64,000 nt of DNA from an uncultured Planctomycetales bacterium. GTDB lineage: Bacteria; Omnitrophota; Gorgyraeia; Zapsychrales; JANLHA01. The stretch spans positions 655 to 64,654 of the forward strand of contig CAZQQI010000006.1 of the NCBI GenBank assembly GCA_964595465.1, read 5' to 3'. Shown in pieces: positions 1-8,110 of this stretch. Each line of letters starts with the position of its first letter. Position 1 is the first letter of the stretch. The notes under the pieces were generated by a model. That model saw only the letters and a program-made list of their open reading frames with translations, did not search any database and was not told the origin of the DNA. Made by a program: the position numbers and the translations under genes.

Positions 1-2
1 TG

Positions 3-236
3 GGAAGCCTGTTTGCCTACTGGCTGACCGGACCCGTGTGGAAACGCTGGCTGCTGTTTTTGTTTACCATCCCGATCGCGGTCATGACGAACGTGGTCCG
101 GGTGGTTTTTCTGTCCCTGATCGCCGAAATTTGGGGCCCGGGCGCCGCCGGCGGGATTATCCATGATATTTCCGGATTCGGAATTTTCGCGGTGGCGTTT
201 CTGCTGCTGCTTGCTGTCATGAAACTGATGGAGTAG
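3..236 (+). CDS. Exosortase (EpsH/Xrt family), C-terminal fragment; 5' end lies outside the window
   Basis: The frame is open from the window edge (…GSLFAYWLTGPVWKRWLLFLFTIPIAVMTNVVRVVF…). It shows hydrophobic terminal transmembrane helices with the conserved N..R motif (NVVRV) typical of the exosortase C-terminus. An EpsI gene follows immediately and PEP-CTERM cargo genes lie downstream. Confidence 0.7.
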   Translation, partial: GSLFAYWLTGPVWKRWLLFLFTIPIAVMTNVVRVVFLSLIAEIWGPGAAGGIIHDISGFGIFAVAFLLLLAVMKLME

Positions 237-238
237 GT

Positions 239-880
239 ATGGTAAAAAAGAGCCAAAATACATGTTTCGCTCTCCTGGCGGTGATTTTCACGGTCGTGAC
301 CATTCTGTCCTGGGCCTGGTATTTTAAAGCCGCACAGCAGAAGGATACCGTGAATATTCATGAGGCCTTTCCCATGGAGATCGGAGAATGGGTCGGCAAA
401 GAAATTCCTATTTCCGAAGATGATTATCAGATCCTGGAGAACCGCAACGCCTTTATAAGGATGTACCGCAATCCCGCCGGACAATGGGTCATGTTTTTCC
501 TGAATTATTCTCAGACCAACCGCAAGGCCGCTCACCCTCCCGAGATCTGCTTCAGCGGAGGAGGGGCGACCTTTACCGACCGTGAGCGTATTACAGTAGA
601 AGCCGGCAAAGGAGAAGAGATCGCTTTTAACCATGTCCTGGTGGATTTTCCGCGGTATCAGCAGGTGATGTACTACACATTCAAGTCCGGTGAAGAATTT
701 ATCCCCGGCTATCTCCGCCAGCAGATCAATGTCGTTCTCAAAACCGTGGGGAAGGGAGCTCCCAGCAGTTCACTGATCCGTCTGACCACAACGATCCGCA
801 ATGGTGATAAAAAAGCGGCAAACCGTCTCATCGAATCGTTTTTCCGCGACATTTACCCCCTCCTAAAAGACCTCCCGTAA
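239..880 (+). CDS. epsI: EpsI family protein (exosortase-associated, periplasmic)
   Basis: It starts 2 nt after the exosortase stop. It has an N-terminal transmembrane anchor and the conserved HPPEICFSGGG (H-x-PE-x-C) motif of the EpsI family. Confidence 0.7.
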   Translation: MVKKSQNTCFALLAVIFTVVTILSWAWYFKAAQQKDTVNIHEAFPMEIGEWVGKEIPISEDDYQILENRNAFIRMYRNPAGQWVMFFLNYSQTNRKAAHPPEICFSGGGATFTDRERITVEAGKGEEIAFNHVLVDFPRYQQVMYYTFKSGEEFIPGYLRQQINVVLKTVGKGAPSSSLIRLTTTIRNGDKKAANRLIESFFRDIYPLLKDLP

Positions 881-1303
881 AAAAATGGTGTCGGATCTCA
901 TAAGTCATTTCTTTCCAGTACTTTAGAATTAATTCAATTTTCATTACTCTTTTTTATTTAGAAGTTGCAAATCGAGTTTCGCAGCCGAATGGCTCATGGA
1001 GATCGGAAGGGGCGCGCAGAGCGAGTTCCGAACCGAACGATTCATTAGATAAACGTTCGGGAGGCTGTTTGAGCGAACGGGTCCCTCCTGATCTCTTTTA
1101 TTTTTATCTGATTGTCGTAATTCCTGCCAACGATGTCTCACTTAAACATTTGTTGTATCATTTCGACAAAAGAAAACGCTTTCTTTACATAGACAGTCAA
1201 TGACAATATGTGACAATACCAGCCAAAAAGCTCGAAATCGCTGAAATCCGGCATTATACGATGCGCTGGTCACAATTTTTTATTTCCAGAAATTTTCTGA
1301 CAT

Positions 1304-1319
1304 TGGCACGCTGTTTGCT
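1304..1319 (+). promoter_or_regulatory. Sigma-54 (RpoN) -24/-12 promoter: TGGCACG-N4-TTGCT
   Basis: A near-consensus TGGCACGctgtTTGCT lies about 30 nt upstream of the 1349 ATG, with the RBS aaggagaaag in between. A sigma-54-dependent NtrC-type regulator is encoded at 17033-18484 in the same window. Confidence 0.65.
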
Positions 1320-1348
1320 TCTTAGGAAGGTGAAGCAAGGAGAAAGTC

Positions 1349-2212
1349 ATGAAATTAAAAAACATATCCTCTAAAAAATTTGCAGCTGCCGCGTTTCTCA
1401 TGATGGCGGTGATTCTTATTCTGGGAACTACGGCCTACGCAACCTTGAGCCAATGGGAAAATTTTGATCTCGTTGAAACGTCGCTTACCCCCAATGTGCT
1501 AACTGCGTCCGATACCGGGGTGGCGGACCTTACTGCCGAGAATAAATCCCGGGCTCCCGAGCCCTCAACTATGGCTCTCTTGTTTACCGGCCTGTGCGGA
1601 GCTGTCGTGAGTTTTGTCCGCAAGACCTATCGCGCAACCAAACGTCTGCTTGATATTGCTGCCGGCATAACCGGCCTGATCGTTCTTTCACCCCTGTATG
1701 CCCTGGTTGCTTTGCTGATCAAATTGAGTTCGCGGGGGCCGGTATTTTATACCCAAACCCGGGTCGGGCAGTACGGCAGGGTGTTTACGATGTATAAATT
1801 CCGCACGATGAAAGTGGACGCGGAAAAAGAAACCGGAGCGGTCTGGGCAAAAGAAAGTGACGACCGCTTGATCCCGGTAGGGAAATTTCTGCGCAAGATG
1901 CATATTGACGAGATCCCGCAATTTGTGAACATATTGAAAGGGGATATGTCATTGATCGGTCCGCGTCCGGAGCGCCCTGAGTTTGTCGAAAAATTCAAGA
2001 CCGAAATACCGGAATATGAACGCCGGCTGATGGTCAAGCCCGGGTTGACCGGTTTGGCCCAGGTCCGTCATCATTATGACCGCACGATTGAGGATGTGCG
2101 CAAAAAAATTAAATTGGACTTACTCTATATTCGCAGGCTGTGTCTCTGGACCGATGTGCGCATCTTTTTTCGGACCTTTCGTGTGGTGCTGACGGGCGAA
2201 GGGGCCCACTGA
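1349..2212 (+). CDS. Chimeric protein: N-terminal signal peptide plus PEP-CTERM-like sorting motif/transmembrane helix, fused to a PglC/WbaP-C-type polyprenyl-phosphate sugar-phosphate transferase domain
   Basis: Residues 1-31 form a signal-peptide-like stretch (…TTAYA). Next comes an approximately 45-aa hydrophilic segment. Then …RAPEPSTMALLFTGLCGAVVSFVRK gives a PEP motif, a Gly-rich helix and a basic cluster. The canonical bacterial sugar transferase core follows (LLDIAAGITGLIVLSPLYALVALLIKLSSRGPVFYTQTRVG … KFRTM … DEIPQFVNILKGDMSLIGPRP … GLTGLAQV). Confidence 0.75.
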   Translation: MKLKNISSKKFAAAAFLMMAVILILGTTAYATLSQWENFDLVETSLTPNVLTASDTGVADLTAENKSRAPEPSTMALLFTGLCGAVVSFVRKTYRATKRLLDIAAGITGLIVLSPLYALVALLIKLSSRGPVFYTQTRVGQYGRVFTMYKFRTMKVDAEKETGAVWAKESDDRLIPVGKFLRKMHIDEIPQFVNILKGDMSLIGPRPERPEFVEKFKTEIPEYERRLMVKPGLTGLAQVRHHYDRTIEDVRKKIKLDLLYIRRLCLWTDVRIFFRTFRVVLTGEGAH

Positions 2213-2421
2213 TCTTTCAGAAAGTGATGGATTTCTCCGTGTTCCCCGGGGAGTTGTTCATATGTTTTTAATCTCCTTTGGGCATATGGATGCGGGATGT
2301 GTTTTGCCGAATATTTCGGACCACAAGATCCTGTCCGGGGAACGGAGAAAAATTTAAGCGAAGCCGCGTGATAGGAATGCAGGATAAGAAATAATACCTT
2401 AATGAAACGAGGGAGAAAATT

Positions 2422-3048
2422 ATGAAAGCGCTGAAAAATATGAAAAATTCCAACCGGGTCTATGTTCTGGGCGCCATGCTGGTAGGCGGGATTGTTCTAT
2501 TGATCCAGACCGGTGCGAGTGCCGTGTCCCTGAATCCTATTAATGGCCATTACTATGAGATCATAAGCGGGGAAACCGCGATCACCTGGGAACAGGCTAA
2601 TACACGGGCCAATAGTTCGGTTTTTGAAGGCCTGCAGGGGCATTTGGCAACGATCACTTCCCAGGAAGAAAATGATTGGCTCTCTAAAACCTTTGGAGCT
2701 TCTCATGCGGCCTGGCTGGGCGGGTATCAGGATAAAGAGGCCTTGGATTATGACGAGCCGGACGGCGGATGGCGCTGGGTAACAGGGGAAGAATGGGATT
2801 ACGCGCCCTGGGCGCCGGGTGAGCCAAATAACTGGGATCATGGTGATGATATCAATGAAGATAAGGTGCGTACTTGGCCGAATGATGGGCCGGAGATCGT
2901 AGTTAATGATGCTCCCAATGATCCCGGTACTCCGGTGGATAAGATCTACGTTGAGTACGAACCCGTGGCCACCCCGGAACCGGGCAGCATGGCTTTACTG
3001 GGGATCGGCTTATTAGGCGCGGCCGGATTCCGGCGTAAAAAGAAATAA
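2422..3048 (+). CDS. Secreted C-type lectin domain protein with C-terminal PEP-CTERM anchor
   Basis: It has a signal peptide. It carries the C-type lectin fold hallmarks NGHYYEI, TWEQA, LATITSQEENDWL, AWLGG and W.W..GE…W..GEPNN. The C-terminus is PEPGSMALLGIGLLGAAGFRRKKK. Confidence 0.75.
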   Translation: MKALKNMKNSNRVYVLGAMLVGGIVLLIQTGASAVSLNPINGHYYEIISGETAITWEQANTRANSSVFEGLQGHLATITSQEENDWLSKTFGASHAAWLGGYQDKEALDYDEPDGGWRWVTGEEWDYAPWAPGEPNNWDHGDDINEDKVRTWPNDGPEIVVNDAPNDPGTPVDKIYVEYEPVATPEPGSMALLGIGLLGAAGFRRKKK

Positions 3049-3078
3049 CGTGTATGACATTAAAGAAAGTGGTGCGAT

Positions 3079-3723
3079 GTGCGGAAGATCTTTTTGACAA
3101 CATTGATGATGACATTCATCTACGCGGTGCCGTCCTGGGCGTTCCCTCTGGCCAATTTCGGTTTTGAGACCCGCGATACAACCGGGTGGACCGAAGAGCT
3201 GAATAACGGTCAGATTTTAGTGACGCCTTCGCATAATGGTAGTGATGACAGTGTGGTTTATTCACCTCAGGAAGGAAATTATTTTCTTCGCCTGCAGGCC
3301 GGTGCGGCCGATACTGTTGTGAACGTGTACCAGGATTTTTCTTTGTTCGCGGGTCAGTCGATCACGGGAATGGCCGCTTTTGATGCCCGGGATTATGATC
3401 CGTATAATGATCGGGCATTCGTTCAGATTTTTGAGGCTGGAACGGATTTTTCATCAACTCTGTGGGAGGCCAGTGTCCTGCAGGACGGGAATCATGTCAA
3501 CGCGCCCTGGGAAGAATGGCGATTTACCGCGGAAACTACGGGAGAGTATCGTTTAACGTATGGGGTTGTCAATGATGATGACGCATTAAACAGCAGTTAC
3601 GCTCTGTTTGACGCCCGGCAGGAGCCTGTTGTGCCGGAACCTGCGAGCATGATGCTGTTTGCAACCGGTTTATTGGGCGCGGCCGGCAGCCGTTTGCGGA
3701 GTGCACGAAAGAGAAGTTCATAA
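3079..3723 (+). CDS. PEP-CTERM sorting domain-containing secreted protein
   Basis: It starts at GTG with a GAAAG RBS. The signal peptide is MRKIFLTTLMMTFIYAVPSWA. The C-terminus is VPEPASMMLFATGLLGAAGSRLRSARKRSS. Confidence 0.65.
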   Translation: MRKIFLTTLMMTFIYAVPSWAFPLANFGFETRDTTGWTEELNNGQILVTPSHNGSDDSVVYSPQEGNYFLRLQAGAADTVVNVYQDFSLFAGQSITGMAAFDARDYDPYNDRAFVQIFEAGTDFSSTLWEASVLQDGNHVNAPWEEWRFTAETTGEYRLTYGVVNDDDALNSSYALFDARQEPVVPEPASMMLFATGLLGAAGSRLRSARKRSS

Positions 3724-3775
3724 TTCACAATAAGCCATCTACAGAAGGTGTTTTTATAGATCGGGGAGAATAATA

Positions 3776-4639
3776 ATGAAATGTTTCCAAGGAAAGGGAC
3801 AAAAAATGAAAAAATTACTTACAGCAATAGCCGTAGTTGCTCTGGCTCTGGCTGTGCCGTCCGCGGCATCTGCCTTCAGTCTGGGTGATTACACCGGCGG
3901 AGTGACATTTGACTTCGTGAATTGGGATGTCGGGACAACCTATGATGCCGATACTTCGTTTGAAGATGGGGCGGACGGCGATGCCGACAGTTTCGGACTG
4001 GTTCGTGTGGATACCATCGATGCTCTAGGCGGAAATCCTCTTTGGCAGTCAACAGCGGCCAATGAATCTCTGCAGGGTTGGTTTTATGGGTTAGACGATA
4101 ATACAGTAGATATCGGCTCCGACTATTCCGGCACGATTGAATCCATCGGCGGATATGTTGATCTGTATTTAGTTCAGGGAGGACAGACGTTGGATCCTTT
4201 GGCAGCTCCTGCTCCGACCACTCCGATGACGGGATTGTCAGCTCCTGCTGATCAGTGGAATGCCACTGACGGTGAATTATTCCTGCGCTTGGAGTTTGTA
4301 CCGGGTGTGGTTTCCAGCCAGAATTCTACGTATTTTCAGGATATAACAACGATTACTAATCCGGTCTTTGGGACTGGACAGGGATATCTGTCTGTTGTCG
4401 GAGGCAGCCACGCAGCGCTGTTTGACAGCAACGCCTATAATGATGTGTTTCCGAATGCAGATTTTTATTTTTCTGACAGCTTTGATGATAGAGGTCTGAC
4501 CGCTGAACAGCAAGAGAACGGCTGGACGGTCTTCAGTGACGGCAAAGTCACAGGAAAAGCTGTACCGGAACCCGCCACCATGATGCTTTTGGGTGTCGGC
4601 CTGGCAGGTGGCGCGCTGGTTCGCCGCCGTCGGTCATAA
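3776..4639 (+). CDS. PEP-CTERM sorting domain-containing secreted protein
   Basis: It has a signal peptide; an alternative ATG at 3806 gives MKKLL… with an equally good RBS. The body is Gly/Asp/Thr-rich. The C-terminus is VPEPATMMLLGVGLAGGALVRRRRS. Confidence 0.7.
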   Translation: MKCFQGKGQKMKKLLTAIAVVALALAVPSAASAFSLGDYTGGVTFDFVNWDVGTTYDADTSFEDGADGDADSFGLVRVDTIDALGGNPLWQSTAANESLQGWFYGLDDNTVDIGSDYSGTIESIGGYVDLYLVQGGQTLDPLAAPAPTTPMTGLSAPADQWNATDGELFLRLEFVPGVVSSQNSTYFQDITTITNPVFGTGQGYLSVVGGSHAALFDSNAYNDVFPNADFYFSDSFDDRGLTAEQQENGWTVFSDGKVTGKAVPEPATMMLLGVGLAGGALVRRRRS

Positions 4640-4689
4640 GCGTTAGAGCAAGACGTATAAGAAATTGACCTTTCCTTATACCATAAAGG

Positions 4690-4721
4690 GCATTCCGTCT
4701 TCGGGCGGGGTGCCTTTTTTT
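4690..4721 (+). terminator. Rho-independent terminator closing the PEP-CTERM gene run
   Basis: The sequence is GCATTCCGTC-TTCG-GGCGGGGTGC, with a UUCG tetraloop, followed by CTTTTTTT. Confidence 0.6.
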
Positions 4722-4732
4722 GAGCTTACTGC

Positions 4733-4762
4733 TTGCCAGACCGCCTGCAGGACCGCTATAAT
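4733..4762 (+). promoter_or_regulatory. Sigma-70-like promoter (TTGCCA-N18-TATAAT)
   Basis: -35 TTGCCA at 4733-4738, an 18-nt spacer, -10 TATAAT at 4757-4762. The GAGGAGGG RBS at 4774-4781 and the ATG at 4786 follow. Confidence 0.45.
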
Positions 4763-4785
4763 ACATATCCTTGAGGAGGGTAGAT

Positions 4786-6180
4786 ATGTTCACAGCGTTA
4801 AAGCGCCGGAAAATTGTTCAGTTTTTACGTCAGACCGATTATGACCGCCTGCTTCGCCATGGCGAACAGCGTTTGATCAAGGCCTTTCAGCGCGCTGCCC
4901 GTCAGGTCCCGGCTTACCGTCAGATCCTCAGTCAGAATCATGTCCCGGTCAGCGCCATTCAGCGTCCGGAGCATTTTCAGGCCCATGTCCCCGTCATTGA
5001 CAAAAAGATCTTTTCCGCTTACCCGTTAGCAGATCTTTGCTGCGGCGGGCGTCTGGACAAGGTCGCTGCGGTGATGTCCAGTTCCGGATTTTCCGGTTCA
5101 TTCTCCTATTCTCTGAGCACGCAGTCCGATGCCGAACTGACCGCGGATGTTGTCGATGCCTTGCTCGATGCCCGTTTTGATGCCTTTAACCGCAAGACTT
5201 TATTTATCAGCTGCCTGGGCATGGGGGTCAAGGTGCCGACACGGCTTCCCCTGGCTGAGGTCGGACAGAGGGCCGATATCGCTCTGGCGGTGATCGAAAA
5301 ACTGCAGTTATATTACGAGCAGATCATCATTATTGGCAACACCTATTTTTTGAAAAAGCTTATTGAAGACGGGCGGGACCGCGGCCTCGATTGGCCGCGT
5401 CTGAGGGTCCATGTGATCATGGGGGAAGACTGGTTTCCCGAATCCTACCGGGATTATCTGTCTTCTCTGCTGGGGATCTCAATGGATCATCCGCATACCA
5501 GTTCAGTTATGTCCACGATGGGGATCAGTGAGCTGGGTATCAGTCTCTTTCAGGAAGATGAGGATCTGGTGCGCATTCGGCGTATGGCGGTCAAGAATGA
5601 ACAGTTTTCCCGCGCTCTGTTCGGCCGGAACCTGCCGTTTACGCCGCTGATCTTTTATTACAATCCTCTTCAGGTCTATGTTGAGGAGGTGGAGGGTGAA
5701 CTGGTTTTTTCGAATCTTTCGCCTGACGCCATCCTCCCGTTGATGCGCTATGCCCCGCATGATCTCGGCGGCTGTATTAGCCGGGCGCGCTTAAAAAATG
5801 TGCTTCATGATTTTGGTGTCAGTGAGCTGATGCCGTCTTGGCCTCTTCCGCTGGTCTGGGTAGGAGGACGCGCCGGCAAGACCCTTGATGTCGACGGGCA
5901 AAATGTTACCCCGGAACAGATCAAAGCGCTGCTCTACAGCCATCCCGCGTTGGCGCAGGTGACAACGGGATATTTTCATTTATCCGGCAAACGACGGAAG
6001 CTGGTGATTGAGATCCAGCTAAAACCGGGGATCGACCCGGATGTCACTTTGCACAAAACAGCCCAGTCTGTTTTTTCGGGACTCACTCCCCGCAAACCGG
6101 AGATCACGATCTATCCGTACATAGAATTCCCCTACGGGATCGAACTGAATTATGAAGGAAAGTTCCGTTATGTGGGGTAG
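4786..6180 (+). CDS. Adenylate-forming enzyme, phenylacetate-CoA ligase/CapK/F390-synthetase-like (ANL superfamily)
   Basis: The ORF opens at TTG 4771 but the first ATG with an RBS is 4786. It has a P-loop-like SSSGFSGSFSYS motif and the overall PaaK/CapK-like architecture. It lies downstream of the exosortase/PEP-CTERM genes. Confidence 0.5.
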   Translation: MFTALKRRKIVQFLRQTDYDRLLRHGEQRLIKAFQRAARQVPAYRQILSQNHVPVSAIQRPEHFQAHVPVIDKKIFSAYPLADLCCGGRLDKVAAVMSSSGFSGSFSYSLSTQSDAELTADVVDALLDARFDAFNRKTLFISCLGMGVKVPTRLPLAEVGQRADIALAVIEKLQLYYEQIIIIGNTYFLKKLIEDGRDRGLDWPRLRVHVIMGEDWFPESYRDYLSSLLGISMDHPHTSSVMSTMGISELGISLFQEDEDLVRIRRMAVKNEQFSRALFGRNLPFTPLIFYYNPLQVYVEEVEGELVFSNLSPDAILPLMRYAPHDLGGCISRARLKNVLHDFGVSELMPSWPLPLVWVGGRAGKTLDVDGQNVTPEQIKALLYSHPALAQVTTGYFHLSGKRRKLVIEIQLKPGIDPDVTLHKTAQSVFSGLTPRKPEITIYPYIEFPYGIELNYEGKFRYVG

Positions 6181-6206
6181 GATGGTGTGCGCTGATATTC
6201 AGGCAG

Positions 6207-6234
6207 TTTTTGTGCGGCCTAACCGGCACAAAAA
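6207..6234. terminator. Bidirectional hairpin between convergent genes
   Basis: TTTTGTGC-ggcctaacc-GGCACAAAA is an inverted repeat, centred between the + gene stop at 6180 and the - gene stop at 6274. Confidence 0.35.
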
Positions 6235-6273
6235 TCCGCCGATCAGATCATATTGTTTTTATGAAAGACGTGA

Positions 6274-7416
6274 TCAGAAATGCCATTTCAGCTGAACGTA
6301 ATACACATTTTCTGAATCCCCGAATTCCGTGTCGTTATCTCCCCAATAAAATTGAATGCCAGCCCCGATGTCCAGGTTTTGCCGGACGTTATAATTGATT
6401 TCGGGGTTATACGCCGCGCTGCCGCCTTCCAGATCACAGATAAAAAATTGATCCCAAATGATAAGCGGGGTGAATTTGTACTGCCACCAGAGGCTGGCGA
6501 GGTGTTTTCTCAGCGAGAGCAGATCGCGGGAATTCCTCAGGGAGTTGAGCAGGGCAAGGGGGTTATTTTCATCTGCGCCGCCGTTGTAAAAATATTCGAT
6601 CAGTCCGTAGGTCTTTTGATCAAAGGTGTAATCCAGACCCACTGCGGCCCGGGCAAACTGCCGGTTATCGTCCATGGTCGTATGCGTGACCTCTCCCCGG
6701 AAACCGGCATCCTGCAGATACCCGTCCCAGGTCAATCCGAAAATATCCGCTTCCTGCCGGTTGGCTGCGATGAAAGCGGTGTCAAAATCCCCAAGTTGTG
6801 TGTAGGCTTTGAGTCCGTAGGAGGAATCCTCCGCCCCGTCACCGGGCAGGGCAACCAGAGAGACCCCTTTAAATCCGTCGGGAGAATAGTTGAATGTGAC
6901 CCCGTCGATGCCGATACGTTCATCATATTCCAAGTCTAGTGGTCCGTTGGGATTAAAAAGGTCTGCCGGGCTGTAAAACCGCAGGTTGCCCCAGTCGACA
7001 GCCTGTTTTCCCGCCGCGGCCTGCCATTGCGGGGAATAATATTTCACGTATAAACGGTAGATCTTGTGATTGAGGTACAGATGGTCATTATCGACTGAAG
7101 CATGGTCCAGGTCAACATTGACGGCTTGATCCTGTTCTTTGTTGTGAATGGTCTGAAAATCTCCGGTATTGCCGAAGTCGTGAATGAGCGCCTCATTGTC
7201 CACCGCGATATAAAACTGCCAGGGATCATTGTGCGCCTCCATGGTCAGGCGCAGGCGGTTGAGATTGGCATTGATATCCTCTTCACTGTAAACGGATCGT
7301 GTATAAGTGTGGAGATTTTTGTAATATCCGCCGAAATCAAAGACCGGCGCGGCCTGGGCAGGGAGGGCTGAGAAAAGAAGAGTGGATAATACCGGGATAA
7401 GGCAGAGGTAGCGCAT
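6274..7416 (-). CDS. Outer-membrane beta-barrel protein (uncharacterised family), last gene of the Lol-like export operon
   Basis: It has a signal peptide (…ALPAQA), alternating amphipathic beta-strand-like segments rich in Y/G/D/N, and a C-terminal …QLKWHF with terminal aromatic Phe, typical of BAM substrates. Confidence 0.55.
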   Translation of the reverse strand: MRYLCLIPVLSTLLFSALPAQAAPVFDFGGYYKNLHTYTRSVYSEEDINANLNRLRLTMEAHNDPWQFYIAVDNEALIHDFGNTGDFQTIHNKEQDQAVNVDLDHASVDNDHLYLNHKIYRLYVKYYSPQWQAAAGKQAVDWGNLRFYSPADLFNPNGPLDLEYDERIGIDGVTFNYSPDGFKGVSLVALPGDGAEDSSYGLKAYTQLGDFDTAFIAANRQEADIFGLTWDGYLQDAGFRGEVTHTTMDDNRQFARAAVGLDYTFDQKTYGLIEYFYNGGADENNPLALLNSLRNSRDLLSLRKHLASLWWQYKFTPLIIWDQFFICDLEGGSAAYNPEINYNVRQNLDIGAGIQFYWGDNDTEFGDSENVYYVQLKWHF

Positions 7417-7420
7417 GGGA

Positions 7421-8110
7421 TCACTCCTTGGTTTGGTCGAGAATCATACCGTCGCGGATATGGACCAGACGGCGGGCCTTATCCATAACCAGAGGATCGT
7501 GGGTGGAAAAGACAAAGGTGACCTCTTTGTCCGCATTCAATTCTTTCATGAGTTCAATCAAAGATTCGGATGTGGCCGAATCCAGGTTGGCCGTCGGTTC
7601 ATCAGCGATAATAAGGCGGGGTTCGGCGACAATAGCCCGGGCCACAGCCACGCGCTGCTGCTGACCTCCGCTCATCTCATTGGGGAAGCGGTCAAGATAA
7701 TCCGCTAAACCGACGCGGCTTAAGGTGTCCTGTGCCCGGCGGGTGCGTTCTTCCGGCGCAAGGCCCTGCAGCAGCATAACGTATTCGACATTTTCCCGTG
7801 CGGTCAGGGTGTTGATCAGGTTATAGGCCTGAAAAATAAAGCCCAGAGAGCGGAGGCGGAAATCAGAAAGCTGGTCAGGACTGAGACTGGAAATATCCCG
7901 GTCTGCAAAATGTACCGTTCCGGCGGTCGGGTTGTCCAGGGCGCCGATGATATTCAGCAGAGAACTTTTGCCTGATCCAGAAGGTCCGGCAATGGCCAGG
8001 AAATCTCCGGAAAAGATATCCAGGGTGACCCCGCGCAATGCCGGTGTGGTGATGTCGCGTCCGGTCGTGTAGGTCTTGTGCAGATTGTTGATCCGTAATA
8101 ATGGTGTCAT
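7421..8110 (-). CDS. ABC transporter ATP-binding protein, LolD/MacB-ATPase-like
   Basis: Walker A GPSGSGKSSLL, ABC signature LSGGQQQRVA and Walker B LIIADEPT are present. It overlaps the upstream permease gene by 4 bp (ATGA). Confidence 0.85.
   Translation of the reverse strand: MTPLLRINNLHKTYTTGRDITTPALRGVTLDIFSGDFLAIAGPSGSGKSSLLNIIGALDNPTAGTVHFADRDISSLSPDQLSDFRLRSLGFIFQAYNLINTLTARENVEYVMLLQGLAPEERTRRAQDTLSRVGLADYLDRFPNEMSGGQQQRVAVARAIVAEPRLIIADEPTANLDSATSESLIELMKELNADKEVTFVFSTHDPLVMDKARRLVHIRDGMILDQTKE

Noticed and set aside
944-1141. 65-aa minus-strand ORF in the long leader region
   Set aside because: It has no RBS, unremarkable composition and no partner gene. The region is more plausibly regulatory (sigma-54 promoter and enhancer).
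2294-2307. Weak sigma-54-like element GG-N10-GC (tGCGGGatgtgtTTTGCc) upstream of the C-type lectin gene
   Set aside because: The -24 half matches only the GG dinucleotide and it is far from consensus. It could be chance, and the gene may be read through from 1304.
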